Assembly (NCBI GenBank): GCA_965248455.1
Contig: OZ252105.1
Location: 2,682,722-2,746,721, forward strand
Direction: 5' to 3'
Length of the DNA stretch: 64,000 nt
Source: Dehalococcoidia bacterium
GTDB taxonomy: Bacteria; Chloroflexota; Dehalococcoidia; Lucifugimonadales; Australimonadaceae
The notes under the pieces are model-generated. The model was not told the DNA's origin. It was given only the letters and a program-made list of their open reading frames with translations, and searched no databases. Below, piece by piece: positions 16,236-24,790 of this stretch. Positions within the stretch are counted from its first letter, which is position 1, and every line of letters begins with the position of its first letter. Made by a program: the position numbers and the translations under genes.

Positions 16236-17312
16236 ATGACCGGGAGTTTCCACATCAGAGAAGAAGACGCCGTCCGCGTGATGGCTGACCCCCTCCGTGA
16301 GATGGTAACCGCGCTGTTCGAGAGGGCCGGCGTGCCCCAGGACGACGCTCGCCTCGCCGCTGATGTCGTCATTGCTGCCGACCTGCGCGGCGTCGACAGC
16401 CACGGTGTCTCCAACATGCTCAAAGTTTACCTCGACCGCTACCTCGACGGTACGCAGAACCCAACGCCCGACTGGAAGATCGTGCGCGAGCGCTCCGCGT
16501 CCGCCAACATAGACTGCGACCGCGGCCTCGGCATCATCCTCGCGCCCAAGGCGATGCAGATCGCCATCGAGAAGGCCCGTGCGTGCGGCGTCGGCGTCGT
16601 TACGCTGTTCAACAGCGGGCACGTGGGCATGGCGGCCTATCACGCGATGCTTGCCCTCGAGCACGACATGATAGGCATGTGCATGACGGCCGCAGGCCCC
16701 GCCGTGCTTCCCACCTTTGGCCGCATCCCCCGCCTGGGAACCAACCCCATCGCCATAGCTGTCCCGACGCTCAACCAGCGTGCGTGGGTATTCGACATGG
16801 CGACGAGTGTCGTGCCGGTCAACAAGGTGCGCAACGCCCGCAGGATGGGCACGCTGCTGCCCCCCGGCGTTATCGCCGACAGCGAGGGCACGCCCATCAT
16901 GGAGCCCACGCCCGTGCCCGCCGACTTTCAGCTGCTCCCCCTCGGCACCGATCGCGGCGCAGGCTCGCACAAGGGATACGGACTCGCAGCTGCGGTCGAC
17001 ATCCTCTGCTCCGTGCTCGCCGGCGCTGACCACGGTATGCGTTCCGGACGCCAGATATTCCGCCACTACGTCGCCGCCTACGACATCGACGCGTTCAGCG
17101 ACGTCGGTGAGTTCAAGGCGCGCATGGACGATTTCATCACGGAGCTGAAGGCCACTCCCCCCGCTGCCGGACACGAGCGCGTGATGGTCGCCGGAGAGCC
17201 CGAGTGGGAAGCCCTCGACGAACGCTCCGTGCGAGGCATACCCCTCCACCACGATGTCGTCGACTGGCTCAGAGACGCATGCGCCGAGTTCGGCGTCGAT
17301 TGCAACATCTGA
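16236..17312 (+). CDS. Ldh_2 family (malate/L-lactate/sulfolactate dehydrogenase type 2) oxidoreductase
   Basis: 358 aa; DLRGVDSHGV, GTNPIAIAVP, GSHKGYGLA hallmark strings. Confidence 0.85.
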   Translation: MTGSFHIREEDAVRVMADPLREMVTALFERAGVPQDDARLAADVVIAADLRGVDSHGVSNMLKVYLDRYLDGTQNPTPDWKIVRERSASANIDCDRGLGIILAPKAMQIAIEKARACGVGVVTLFNSGHVGMAAYHAMLALEHDMIGMCMTAAGPAVLPTFGRIPRLGTNPIAIAVPTLNQRAWVFDMATSVVPVNKVRNARRMGTLLPPGVIADSEGTPIMEPTPVPADFQLLPLGTDRGAGSHKGYGLAAAVDILCSVLAGADHGMRSGRQIFRHYVAAYDIDAFSDVGEFKARMDDFITELKATPPAAGHERVMVAGEPEWEALDERSVRGIPLHHDVVDWLRDACAEFGVDCNI

Positions 17313-17347
17313 GCCACGCCCCGCAACAGAGAGAGGACGTCAGCAGC

Positions 17348-18331
17348 ATGAAAGCAGCTTGGTATGAGCAGTACGGCCCCGCGAGTGAGGTGTTTCACGT
17401 CGGAGACCTCCCTGACCCGGAAGCAGCGCCCGGAGAGGTGCTGGTTCGCGTGCGCGCGTCAGGCGTCAACCCTTCCGACTGGAAGTCCCGCACCGGCTCT
17501 CGCGGCCCGCAGATGCCATTCCCCCGGATCGTTCCGCACAGCGACGGCGCAGGGACGATTGAGGCGGTCGGCACAGGCGTCGACGCTTCCCGCGTAGGCC
17601 AACGCGTGTGGCTGTTCGAAGGCCAATGGCAGAGGCCGTTCGGCACAGCCGCCGAGTACATCGCATTGCCATCCGAGCACGCCGTGCCCCTCGCGGAAAA
17701 CGTGAGTTTCGAGGAGGGCGCCTGCATCGGCATCCCCGCCATGACTGCCCATCGCTGTCTGTTCGCCAGCGGGCCGGTTCAGGGCTTCACCGTCCTCGTT
17801 ACCGGCGGCGCGGGCGCTGTTGGCCACTACGCCATCCAGCTTGCCAAGTGGGGAGGCGCGACAGTCATAGCCACCGTCAGCTCCGACGAGAAGGCGGCGC
17901 ATGCCAGGCACTCCGGCGCGGACCATACGGTCAACTACCGCACGGAGGACACCGCAGCGCGCGTGCTCGAACTGACCGGCGGCGAGGGCGTCGAGCGCAT
18001 CGTCGAGGTCGATTTCGGCGGCAACATCGCAGTGAACCAGCGTGCGCTCAAACTCAACGGCGCGATCGGCTGCTACGCCTCCACCGGCCACCGCGAACCG
18101 GCGGTGGAGTACCAGGCGTTCTCACGGAAGAACGTCACGGTTCACTTTGTGCTCGTGTACTCGGAGCCGGAGCAGGCCAAGCGCCAAGCCGTGGAGGACA
18201 TCACCAGCGCCATCTCGACCGGCGCGCTCACGCACCCCATCGCCGCGACGATGCCCCTCAGCGAGATCGCAGCCGCTCACGAATTGCAGGAGAGCAACAC
18301 CGCCATCGGCAATATCATCATCACCGTGTAG
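17348..18331 (+). CDS. zinc-type alcohol dehydrogenase/NADPH:quinone oxidoreductase (MDR family)
   Basis: ORF 17204..18331. Start at MKAAWYEQYG (ATG 17348); VLVTGGAGAVGHYAIQLAK Rossmann motif. Confidence 0.85.
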   Translation: MKAAWYEQYGPASEVFHVGDLPDPEAAPGEVLVRVRASGVNPSDWKSRTGSRGPQMPFPRIVPHSDGAGTIEAVGTGVDASRVGQRVWLFEGQWQRPFGTAAEYIALPSEHAVPLAENVSFEEGACIGIPAMTAHRCLFASGPVQGFTVLVTGGAGAVGHYAIQLAKWGGATVIATVSSDEKAAHARHSGADHTVNYRTEDTAARVLELTGGEGVERIVEVDFGGNIAVNQRALKLNGAIGCYASTGHREPAVEYQAFSRKNVTVHFVLVYSEPEQAKRQAVEDITSAISTGALTHPIAATMPLSEIAAAHELQESNTAIGNIIITV

Positions 18332-18415
18332 AAAGCGTGTAGAATACTTATCTGTATCCTCCCAACCCGGCCCAGAATACGACTCGGAGCGCAGGCGTAA
18401 GTCCTTAACGAACCG

Positions 18416-18432
18416 TTGTGATTGCATCACAA
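18416..18432. promoter_or_regulatory. perfect palindrome TTGTGAT-TGC-ATCACAA (CRP/FNR-like half-sites)
   Basis: Read directly; 38 nt upstream of the TTG start of the cNMP-binding gene remnant. Confidence 0.4.
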
Positions 18433-18469
18433 TGGAAGGACGCCCTGCACGCAGTACGGGAGGCTCGAA

Positions 18470-18965
18470 TTGACGAGTGAACGGCTCTGATCGAAAGCGA
18501 ACTGTTCAAGGGCCTGACGCCTGACCAGGTCGACCGGCTTGCCAGCCTGGCAACGATGGTGACGGCAGAGCCGAAAGACCACCTGTTCAAGAGCGGGGAA
18601 GCGGCGAGCCACTTCTATGTCGTCCTTCAGGGAGAGATCGAATTCCACATGGACGTCCCTGCCTGGTGGGCATAGACACGCCTCACCGAAAGGTCTCGAC
18701 GGCGAAACCTGGCCAGATTCTGGGATGGTCCGCACTGGTAGAGCCCTACACGTACTCGCTGACTGCCATCTGCACGGAGAAGGCGACGCTCGCGCGTTTC
18801 GATGGCGCGCAGACCATCGCCCTGATCGAGGCCGAGCCTCACATGGACCGGGTGCTCCTCGCCCGTGCGCTGCACGTCGTCTCCCGCCGCTTCCACACGC
18901 TGGCCGAGGCGATCATGGCCCAGCGCGCAGTGCAGGTTTCGCAGTCCGCAAGCCGCGTGACGTAG
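18470..18965 (+). pseudogene. cyclic-nucleotide-binding domain protein, disrupted by two frame changes
   Basis: GGGAGG then TTG 18470 gives MTSERL*. Next frame (18487-18675) gives LIESELFKGLTPDQVDRLASLATMV...FYVVLQGEIEFHMDVPAWWA*. Third frame (18666-18965) continues ...STAKPGQILGWSALVEPYTYSLTAIC.... Together this is one cNMP-binding domain. Confidence 0.6.
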
Positions 18966-19022
18966 TAGCCTCTGGGTTGCCTGCGCATAACGCCGGCTGA
19001 ATGCTCCTCAACTCTCTATTCG

Positions 19023-20597
19023 TTGCCGTCGGAGGCAATCGTGTTCGACACGCTGATAACCAACGGCAGGATCATCGATGGCACCGGCAGGACATGGTTC
19101 CATGCCGCCGTGGGCATCGAGGGCGAGACGGTGACCGTCATGCAAGGCGATGTGTCAGCCGTTGAGGCGCATCGAACCCTCGACGCTACGGGCCTCATCG
19201 TCTGCCCCGGATTCATCGACATGCACTCCCACTCGGAGTTCGCGCTGCTCACGAACCCGCGCCACGAGCCGAAGGTGAGCCAGGGCGTCACGACTGAGGC
19301 GCTTGGGCAGGACGGCCTCTCCTATGCCCCTATCTCCGACGCCAACCGTCCTCACCTCGTCGACTATCTCGCCGCCGTCAATGGCCGTCCGCCCGAAGGA
19401 ATCGGATGGACATCGGTCGCGTCGTTCCTGAACCTGTTCGACGGCGCGTCGTCGTGCAACGTCGTTTTCTTCGTTCCCCACGCCGCGCTCCGACTCGAAG
19501 CGATGGGCTGGGCGAACCGCCTGCCCACCGACGCGGAACTCAACCGGATGCGGGAGCTCGCAACGGAAGGTATGCGGGACGGCGCATTCGGGTTCTCCAC
19601 CGGTCTCACCTACGTCCCCAACGTCTACAGCGATACGCACGAACTGACTGAGGTCTCCCGCGCCGTCGCGCCGTACGGCGGCATCTACGTCACCCACACC
19701 CGCTACGGGTTGGGCGATCGCCTGCTGGACCCGTTCCGCGAGGCGGTCGCCGTCGGCAGGGAGTCCGGCGCGCCCGTCCAGATATCCCATTACCACAACC
19801 CGGTGCAGGGCATGGGCGAGAAGATGATCGCTCTGGTGGACGAGGCCAGAGCTAACGGCATCGACGTTACGTTTGACCAGTATCCGTACCCTGCCGCCAG
19901 CACCATCCTCCTCTCGCTCATCCCGCCGTGGGTGCACGAGGGCGGCCCCGCGCGGTTGCTCCAACGCATCGGCGAGAGGCGGGTGCGCGACGAGATAGCG
20001 AACGACGTCTACCCCCAATGGGGAGGCTCGCTAGCCGATTACATGTTCGCGCACGTCGGCTCCGCAAAGAACAAGGAGTGGGAAGGACGTTCCCTGGAGG
20101 ACATGGCTCGTGCTCAGAGCAAGCGCATGGTGGATACGATCTGCGACCTGCTCATCGAGGAACGTCTGGACGTGGCGTTCGTGGCGCGCACCGGGAACCC
20201 GGAGAACATCCGCGCCATCATGCAGCACCCCGCGCAGATGGCAGGTAGCGACGGTCTGATGACCGGCGACATGCCCAATCCTCGTACTTACGGCACATTC
20301 CCCTATCTGCTTGGGCAAGCCGTTCAGGACGGAACGCTCCGCCTGGAGGATGCCGTCCACAAGATGACCGGCGCCCCGGCCCGCCGTTTGGGTCTGCCCG
20401 ATCGCGGCATCCTGCGCAACGGCATGAAGGCAGACGTGGTGCTGTTCAACCCGGACACGATTCGCGCCGAGGCCACCTTTGAAGACCCCAAGCGGCTGGC
20501 GACGGGTATCGAGTACGTCTTCGTGAACGGAACGCCGGTCTGGAACCAGGGTCAGCACACGGGCGCGCTCCCCGGACGGGCGCTCAGGAAGTCCTAG
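19023..20597 (+). CDS. N-acyl-D-amino-acid deacylase (D-aminoacylase) family amidohydrolase
   Basis: FDTLITNGRIIDGTG...CPGFIDMHSHSE; 524 aa. Alternative start GTG 19041. Confidence 0.85.
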   Translation: MPSEAIVFDTLITNGRIIDGTGRTWFHAAVGIEGETVTVMQGDVSAVEAHRTLDATGLIVCPGFIDMHSHSEFALLTNPRHEPKVSQGVTTEALGQDGLSYAPISDANRPHLVDYLAAVNGRPPEGIGWTSVASFLNLFDGASSCNVVFFVPHAALRLEAMGWANRLPTDAELNRMRELATEGMRDGAFGFSTGLTYVPNVYSDTHELTEVSRAVAPYGGIYVTHTRYGLGDRLLDPFREAVAVGRESGAPVQISHYHNPVQGMGEKMIALVDEARANGIDVTFDQYPYPAASTILLSLIPPWVHEGGPARLLQRIGERRVRDEIANDVYPQWGGSLADYMFAHVGSAKNKEWEGRSLEDMARAQSKRMVDTICDLLIEERLDVAFVARTGNPENIRAIMQHPAQMAGSDGLMTGDMPNPRTYGTFPYLLGQAVQDGTLRLEDAVHKMTGAPARRLGLPDRGILRNGMKADVVLFNPDTIRAEATFEDPKRLATGIEYVFVNGTPVWNQGQHTGALPGRALRKS

Positions 20598-20683
20598 CGA
20601 CCGGACATCTCCGCATATCTATCGGTCATGCGAGAACCTAGAATTGCTGCCGCGCGTCATGTGTCGCTGTTCAAAGCGGCCTG

Positions 20684-21046
20684 ATGCCGAATACGCAAAG
20701 CGAGGTGAACGGATTGGGAAAGTACATCGTCCTCTATCACGCGCCGGTGTCGTTCGGTGAAGTCATGAAAGACGCCACTCCCGAGGACATGCAGAAAGGC
20801 ATGGAGCCCTGGATGGCCTGGTTCGCCCGGTGCGGAGATAGTCTCGTGGACATGGGCGGTCCGTTGGTAAACGCACAGAAATTCACCAGCGCGGGCAACT
20901 CGCCCAGCGACACGAGCATCATTGGGTACTCGATACTGGAAACGGAGAGCATGGAAGCGGCGCAGGCGCTGCTCGAAGGCCACCCGCACATACAGATGAT
21001 GCCCGGCTGCGAGGTTGAGCTCCACGAAGTGCACCGCCCCGGCTGA
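20684..21046 (+). CDS. small hypothetical protein, possibly YciI/DGPF-like alpha+beta barrel
   Basis: 120 aa; KYIVLYHAP...PEDMQKGMEPWMAWF resembles the YCII-related family. Weak assignment. Confidence 0.5.
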   Translation: MPNTQSEVNGLGKYIVLYHAPVSFGEVMKDATPEDMQKGMEPWMAWFARCGDSLVDMGGPLVNAQKFTSAGNSPSDTSIIGYSILETESMEAAQALLEGHPHIQMMPGCEVELHEVHRPG

Positions 21047-21070
21047 CGGGAGAAGAGGAGAGGAACCCGC

Positions 21071-21967
21071 CTATCTGACCTTCGCGATGACCTGCTCCCC
21101 GAACGCCGGAATCTGCTCAGCGATGATGTCGTTCTGGAACTGCACGTGGAACGTGTCCACGCCGGCCTCGCGGTAGCGATCTATCGTTTCCAGCACCTGC
21201 TCCGGCGTCCCCGTCAGCCCCCCGGGATTGCCGAACGTCGTTGCCAGCTTCGTCGCGGGGTCTTCGTTGCCGACGTAGGCGTTGCAGTTCACCACCCGGT
21301 GGATCCTCGTGCCGTCGCGGCCCGCTCCCGCCGCCGCTTCTTCGAGCATATCCAGTTGCGCGCGGTAGGCGTCGAGGTCGGAGGGCCAGCCTCCGTTGCG
21401 GATCCAGCCGTCGGCGGTGCGTCCCGCTAGCCGCATCATGCGCGGCTGCGCAGCGCCGATGAAGATGGGAATCGTCCCGTTCACCGGCTTGGGCGTTACG
21501 GTAGCCCCCGCTACGTGGTACTGCTTGCCTTCGTAACTGAACTGCTCGTTGGCCCATGTTCCGCGCAGAATCTCGATGGCGTCTATCAGCCCCTCCACTC
21601 GTTCACCGGCTGAGTGGAACCCGATGCCGTAGGTCGTGAAGTGGTCTGCCTGCGTACCTGCCCCAAGCGTCAGGATGACGCGGCCGCCTCCCGTGATGGC
21701 GTCGAGCGCGGTGGCCATCTTGGAGAGCAGCGCCGGGTTACGGAACGGCACGTTGAGCGTCGAGTGCGTTACGCGGATGCGGCTCGTCTGGATCGCGACG
21801 GCCGTTGCGAGCGTCCACCCTTCGAGATTGTTCTCGGGCGGACGGTCGCTGAACGAGATGTTCTGAAAACCGGCGGCCTCGGCGGCTTTGGCTACTTCTA
21901 CCACTCGCTCGTAGGGCAGATTCCGCGGGTTCAGCCCGAAGCGAACGGCGTTACTGCTGCGTGTCAT
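21071..21967 (-). CDS. LLM-class flavin/F420-dependent oxidoreductase
   Basis: 298 aa; FQNISFSDR, VILTLGAG, IPIFIGAA. Confidence 0.85.
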   Translation of the reverse strand: MTRSSNAVRFGLNPRNLPYERVVEVAKAAEAAGFQNISFSDRPPENNLEGWTLATAVAIQTSRIRVTHSTLNVPFRNPALLSKMATALDAITGGGRVILTLGAGTQADHFTTYGIGFHSAGERVEGLIDAIEILRGTWANEQFSYEGKQYHVAGATVTPKPVNGTIPIFIGAAQPRMMRLAGRTADGWIRNGGWPSDLDAYRAQLDMLEEAAAGAGRDGTRIHRVVNCNAYVGNEDPATKLATTFGNPGGLTGTPEQVLETIDRYREAGVDTFHVQFQNDIIAEQIPAFGEQVIAKVR

Positions 21968-22033
21968 CGCTTTCTCCTCGCTATCGTTCCTGTTGGTGTG
22001 TCGGCCATACTAGCAGGTTGGGGCCTGTCCGCT

Positions 22034-22194
22034 CGTCGTCCCCGCGCAGGCTCAGGTCCCTTCTCCCTCGAGGGGAGAAGGTTAGGATGAGGGTGACGGG
22101 GGATGGGTGCAGGGGCGGTTCCCCTCCGTCGTTCCCGCGAAGGCTCAGGTCCCTTCTCCCTTGAGGGGAGAAGGTTAGGATGAGGGTGACGGGG
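22034..22194. repeat. two direct copies of a palindromic unit: (CGTCGTYCCCGCGMAGG)CTCAGGTCCCTTCTCCCTYGAGGGGAGAAGGTTAGGATGAGGGTGACGGGG
   Basis: Copies at about 22034-22101 and 22126-22194. Each holds the hairpin CCCTTCTCCC/GGGGAGAAGG. Confidence 0.85.
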
Positions 22195-22209
22195 CGGGGA
22201 CAAGGGTGT

Positions 22210-22450
22210 GCCCAGCGTAGACGATAGGGAATGCAACGAAATGCAACCAAATGCAACTGAATTAAAGGTTTCGCCACTCCTGGCCACTCCTGGCGAGGCC
22301 AACCAAGGCCACAACCAGGGCCACCTGGCCCAGTGCCTACGAGTGAGCGGAGGGCCAAACGAGGCCACGGTGGCCTCATTCCCAGCCTCGCCGCGAGGAG
22401 TAAACGAGGCCAAACAGGGCCAAATAGGGCCAGAGGTCGACCCCCCTGTC
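22210..22450 (+). repeat. ~240-bp element X (GAAATGSAAC mini-repeats, AT-rich core GAATTAAARGTTT, GCCRCTCCTGGCC, several GAGGCCA/AAGGCCAC motifs)
   Basis: Aligns by eye along its whole length with the reverse complement of 32881-33115. Confidence 0.8.
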
Positions 22451-22554
22451 CCCCATCGCCCGCGACCACGACGAGGAATGAGTCAAAATGAGTCAGGGGT
22501 TGACCCCCCTCACTCCTGGATCGGACAGGGAGTGACTCACAAGTATGGATAGCC

Positions 22555-22910
22555 CCAACCGTCACCCCCGCGAAGGCGCTCAGATCCCCTCGCCCTCTGG
22601 GAGAGGGTTAGGGTGAGGGTTCGGAAATGGGTCGAAATGGAAGGAAATGGAAGCGAATTAAAAGTTTGCCGCTCCTGGCCGCTCGTAATGAACCCGCCCC
22701 AACCGTCACCCCCGCGAAGGCGCTCAGATTCCCTCGCCCTCTGGGAGAGGGTTAGGGTGAGGGTTCGGAAATGGGTCGAAATGGAAGGAAATGGAAGCGA
22801 ATTAAAAGTTTGCCGCTCCTGGCCACTTGTAATGAACCCGCCCCAACCGTCGCCCCCGCGAAGGTGCTCAGACCCCCTCGCCCTCTGGGAGAGGGTTAAG
22901 GTGAGGGTGC
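22555..22910. repeat. 144-bp tandem repeat, about 2.5 copies
   Basis: The CAGAT landmark recurs at 22581, 22725, 22869. Each unit is the hairpin CCCTCGCCCTCTGGGAGAGGGTTAGGGTGAGGGT plus GGAAATGGGTCGAAATGGAAGGAAATGGAAGCGAATTAAAAGTTTGCCGCTCCTGGCC. Confidence 0.9.
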
Positions 22911-22973
22911 CCCCCGCGAAGGCGGTCGGATCCCTTCTCCCTTGAGGGGAGAAGGCTATGATGAGGGTGAAGC
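22910..22973. repeat. third copy of the CCCTTCTCCC/GGGGAGAAGG palindromic unit
   Basis: CCCCGCGAAGGCGGTCGGATCCCTTCTCCCTTGAGGGGAGAAGGCTATGATGAGGGTGA. Confidence 0.8.
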
Positions 22974-23074
22974 CTCAGTGATGGCCCCGAATGGCCCAAT
23001 TTCCCGCACGGAGTGGACTCATCCGCTGTCAGGACTGGGGCGGAACCGATACCCTGTAGTAGGAATAGCGCGAG

Positions 23075-23500
23075 ATGATCTACGTCACCGACGACATACA
23101 ATTGGCAGAGCACGAGCTGGAGTTCCGGTACGTTGCGTCCTCAGGCCCCGGCGGCCAGAACGTCAACAAGACCGCCACCGCCGCGCACCTGCACTTCGAC
23201 GCATCGTCGTCAGCCTTGCCCGACGATGTCAAACGCCGTCTGCGGAGCGTCGCGGGCAATCGCCTCACCGGCGACGGCATGCTCGTCATCAAGGCGCAGC
23301 GTTACAGGAGCCAGGATCAGAATCGGAAGGACGCTGTTGACCGCCTCGTGAGCATCCTGCGGCGCGCTGCCGCCCCGCCGCGCCCGCGCCGCTCGACGAG
23401 GCCGACGGCGCAGTCCGTCCAGCAGAGGCTCGAGGAGAAGCACCAGCGGTCACGCATCAAGCAATCGCGGACGCCCGGGGATGACGATGGCGGCGAGTAG
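23075..23500 (+). CDS. arfB: alternative ribosome-rescue factor / peptidyl-tRNA hydrolase ArfB
   Basis: 141 aa; GGQ motif SGPGGQNVNK and a basic C-terminal tail (RPRRSTRPTAQSVQQRLEEKHQRSRIKQSR). Confidence 0.88.
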   Translation: MIYVTDDIQLAEHELEFRYVASSGPGGQNVNKTATAAHLHFDASSSALPDDVKRRLRSVAGNRLTGDGMLVIKAQRYRSQDQNRKDAVDRLVSILRRAAAPPRPRRSTRPTAQSVQQRLEEKHQRSRIKQSRTPGDDDGGE

Positions 23501-23575
23501 GCCAACGTGGGCTCAGCACAGACTCGCCGGGGCTGACGCAGTGTTTACGAACGAAACAACCCAGAGGGAGCGGCG

Positions 23576-24754
23576 ATGCCACGGTTAGAGGATCTGCCGG
23601 AGATCACACGGCAGGGGATGCTCAACTTCCCCGCGTTCGACCATGACGACGCGCCATGCGCGCCCATGGCCAAGCCGCTCCGAGAAGCAAGGATCGCTCT
23701 CGTCACGACGGCTGGCCTGCACCTGCGCGACGATGAACCGTTCTCGGGCGGAGACGAGAGCTACCGCGTCATACCCTCCGCGTCGCCCGCCTCCGGCATC
23801 ATCCAGAGCCACATGAGCATTGGATTCGACCGCGCCGCGTTCATGCGGGACGTGAACGTTACATTCCCCATCGACAGGCTCCGCGAGCTGGCGGCGCGGG
23901 GAGAGATCGGCTCACTGACCGAGAACTTCTACTCGTTCATGGGCGCGCAGCGCAGCCCCCGCCGCATCGAACAGGAGACCGGGCCGGAGGTGGGCAGACG
24001 CCTGCTCGACGAGAGCGCGGACGCGGTGCTCCTCACCCCCACCTGACCCAACTGCACGCACACGGTCAGTGTGCTTGCGCGGGCGATCGAGGAAACAGGG
24101 TTGCCAACCGTTGCGATTGTGCTCGTGAAGGAGCACGCCCAGCGGGTGAAGCCGCCGCGCGCCCTCTGGACTCCCTTCCCCTTCGGATTCGCGCTCGGCA
24201 AGCCGGACGACCCTGCGTTTCAGCATAAGGTCATCGCGGGAGCGCTCGCCCTCTTGCAGGAGAACGCAACGCCCGTGCTCGCGGAGTTCCCGGAGGATGC
24301 CGGGGCGCCCCCGCTGTTGCTTCAGGCAAGCGCGGCGCAGGCTGATGCCGCCAACCGCCACACCGATCCCGCCGACGAGATCACCGCCCTTCGTGGCTAC
24401 TATGAGCGATGGGTGGACGAGCACGACGGGCGCACGATGGTCGGTCTGAGCGGGGTGCCCCAACGCCGCTTCCGTGGCCTCGTCCGCTACCTGCAGGCGT
24501 TCGCCGCGGGAGAGAATCCGTCGGATGACCTCGCGCCGGAGGGCATGGCGTCCCCGCGTTTCGTGCGGCTCGCAGCGGACGATATGAAGGCGTTCTTCCT
24601 GGAGGCGCGCATGTCCCAACGCCCGGACGAGCGCGACAACGACCTGCAACGGTGGCTCTGGTCGGAGACGGCGATGGGCAGCCTCCTGGCGTCGGTCGCC
24701 GAACGCCTCGTCGCGCAGGGCGACGAGCGCACCGCGCAGGGCATAGCTCGCTAG
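23576..24754 (+). CDS. GrdB/PrdB-family (glycine/sarcosine/betaine/proline reductase selenoprotein B-like) protein with in-frame TGA (Sec) at 24044-24046
   Basis: ORFs 23576..24046 and 24071..24754 share a frame. The 24 nt between them have no stop, and there is no SD before GTG 24071. Read-through gives ...LLTPT-U-PNC-THTVSVLARAIEETGLPTVAIV... (392 aa). Confidence 0.7.
24053..24079 (+). promoter_or_regulatory. putative bacterial SECIS hairpin
   Basis: GCACAC(24058-63)-GGTCA-GTGTGC(24069-74), extended by 4 more pairs after one mismatch. The stem starts 7 nt after TGA and the apical loop starts 18 nt after it. Confidence 0.55.
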
Positions 24755-24790
24755 CCTGCGGCCCGTGCCCGCGAACGGGCGGTACCGCCG

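Noticed and set aside
15861-17252. 463-aa minus-strand ORF
   Set aside because: It is the antisense shadow of the GlcG-like and Ldh_2 genes, which have strong family motifs.
18488-18490. TGA in the cNMP-binding gene as a second selenocysteine codon
   Set aside because: Reading through in the same frame gives nonsense followed by another stop. Homology continues only after a frame change, and there is no hairpin downstream. A frameshift or pseudogene is the simpler reading.
21964-22565. 149-aa and 194-aa minus-strand ORFs, plus several 60-115-aa ORFs in the 22-23 kb, 32.5-33.8 kb and 35.3-35.7 kb regions
   Set aside because: They are translations of the palindromic/tandem repeat units (recurring peptides such as SPQGRRDLSL, RGNDGG, SSLRWNDGD). 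Both strands are open and no start/SD context is present, so they were treated as non-coding repeats.
22555-22910. Possible CRISPR array (also 32545..32890)
   Set aside because: The periods are 144 and 231 bp, with the whole unit repeated. There are no short repeats alternating with unique spacers, no cas genes, and the units are palindromic REP-like modules.
23576-24046. Treating 23576..24046 and 24071..24754 as two independent genes
   Set aside because: They share one frame and have no SD for the second. The family homology (TPT-U-PNC-T...EETGLP) runs straight across the TGA, and a SECIS-like hairpin follows. A single selenoprotein gene is more parsimonious, although it remains unproven without the sel genes.
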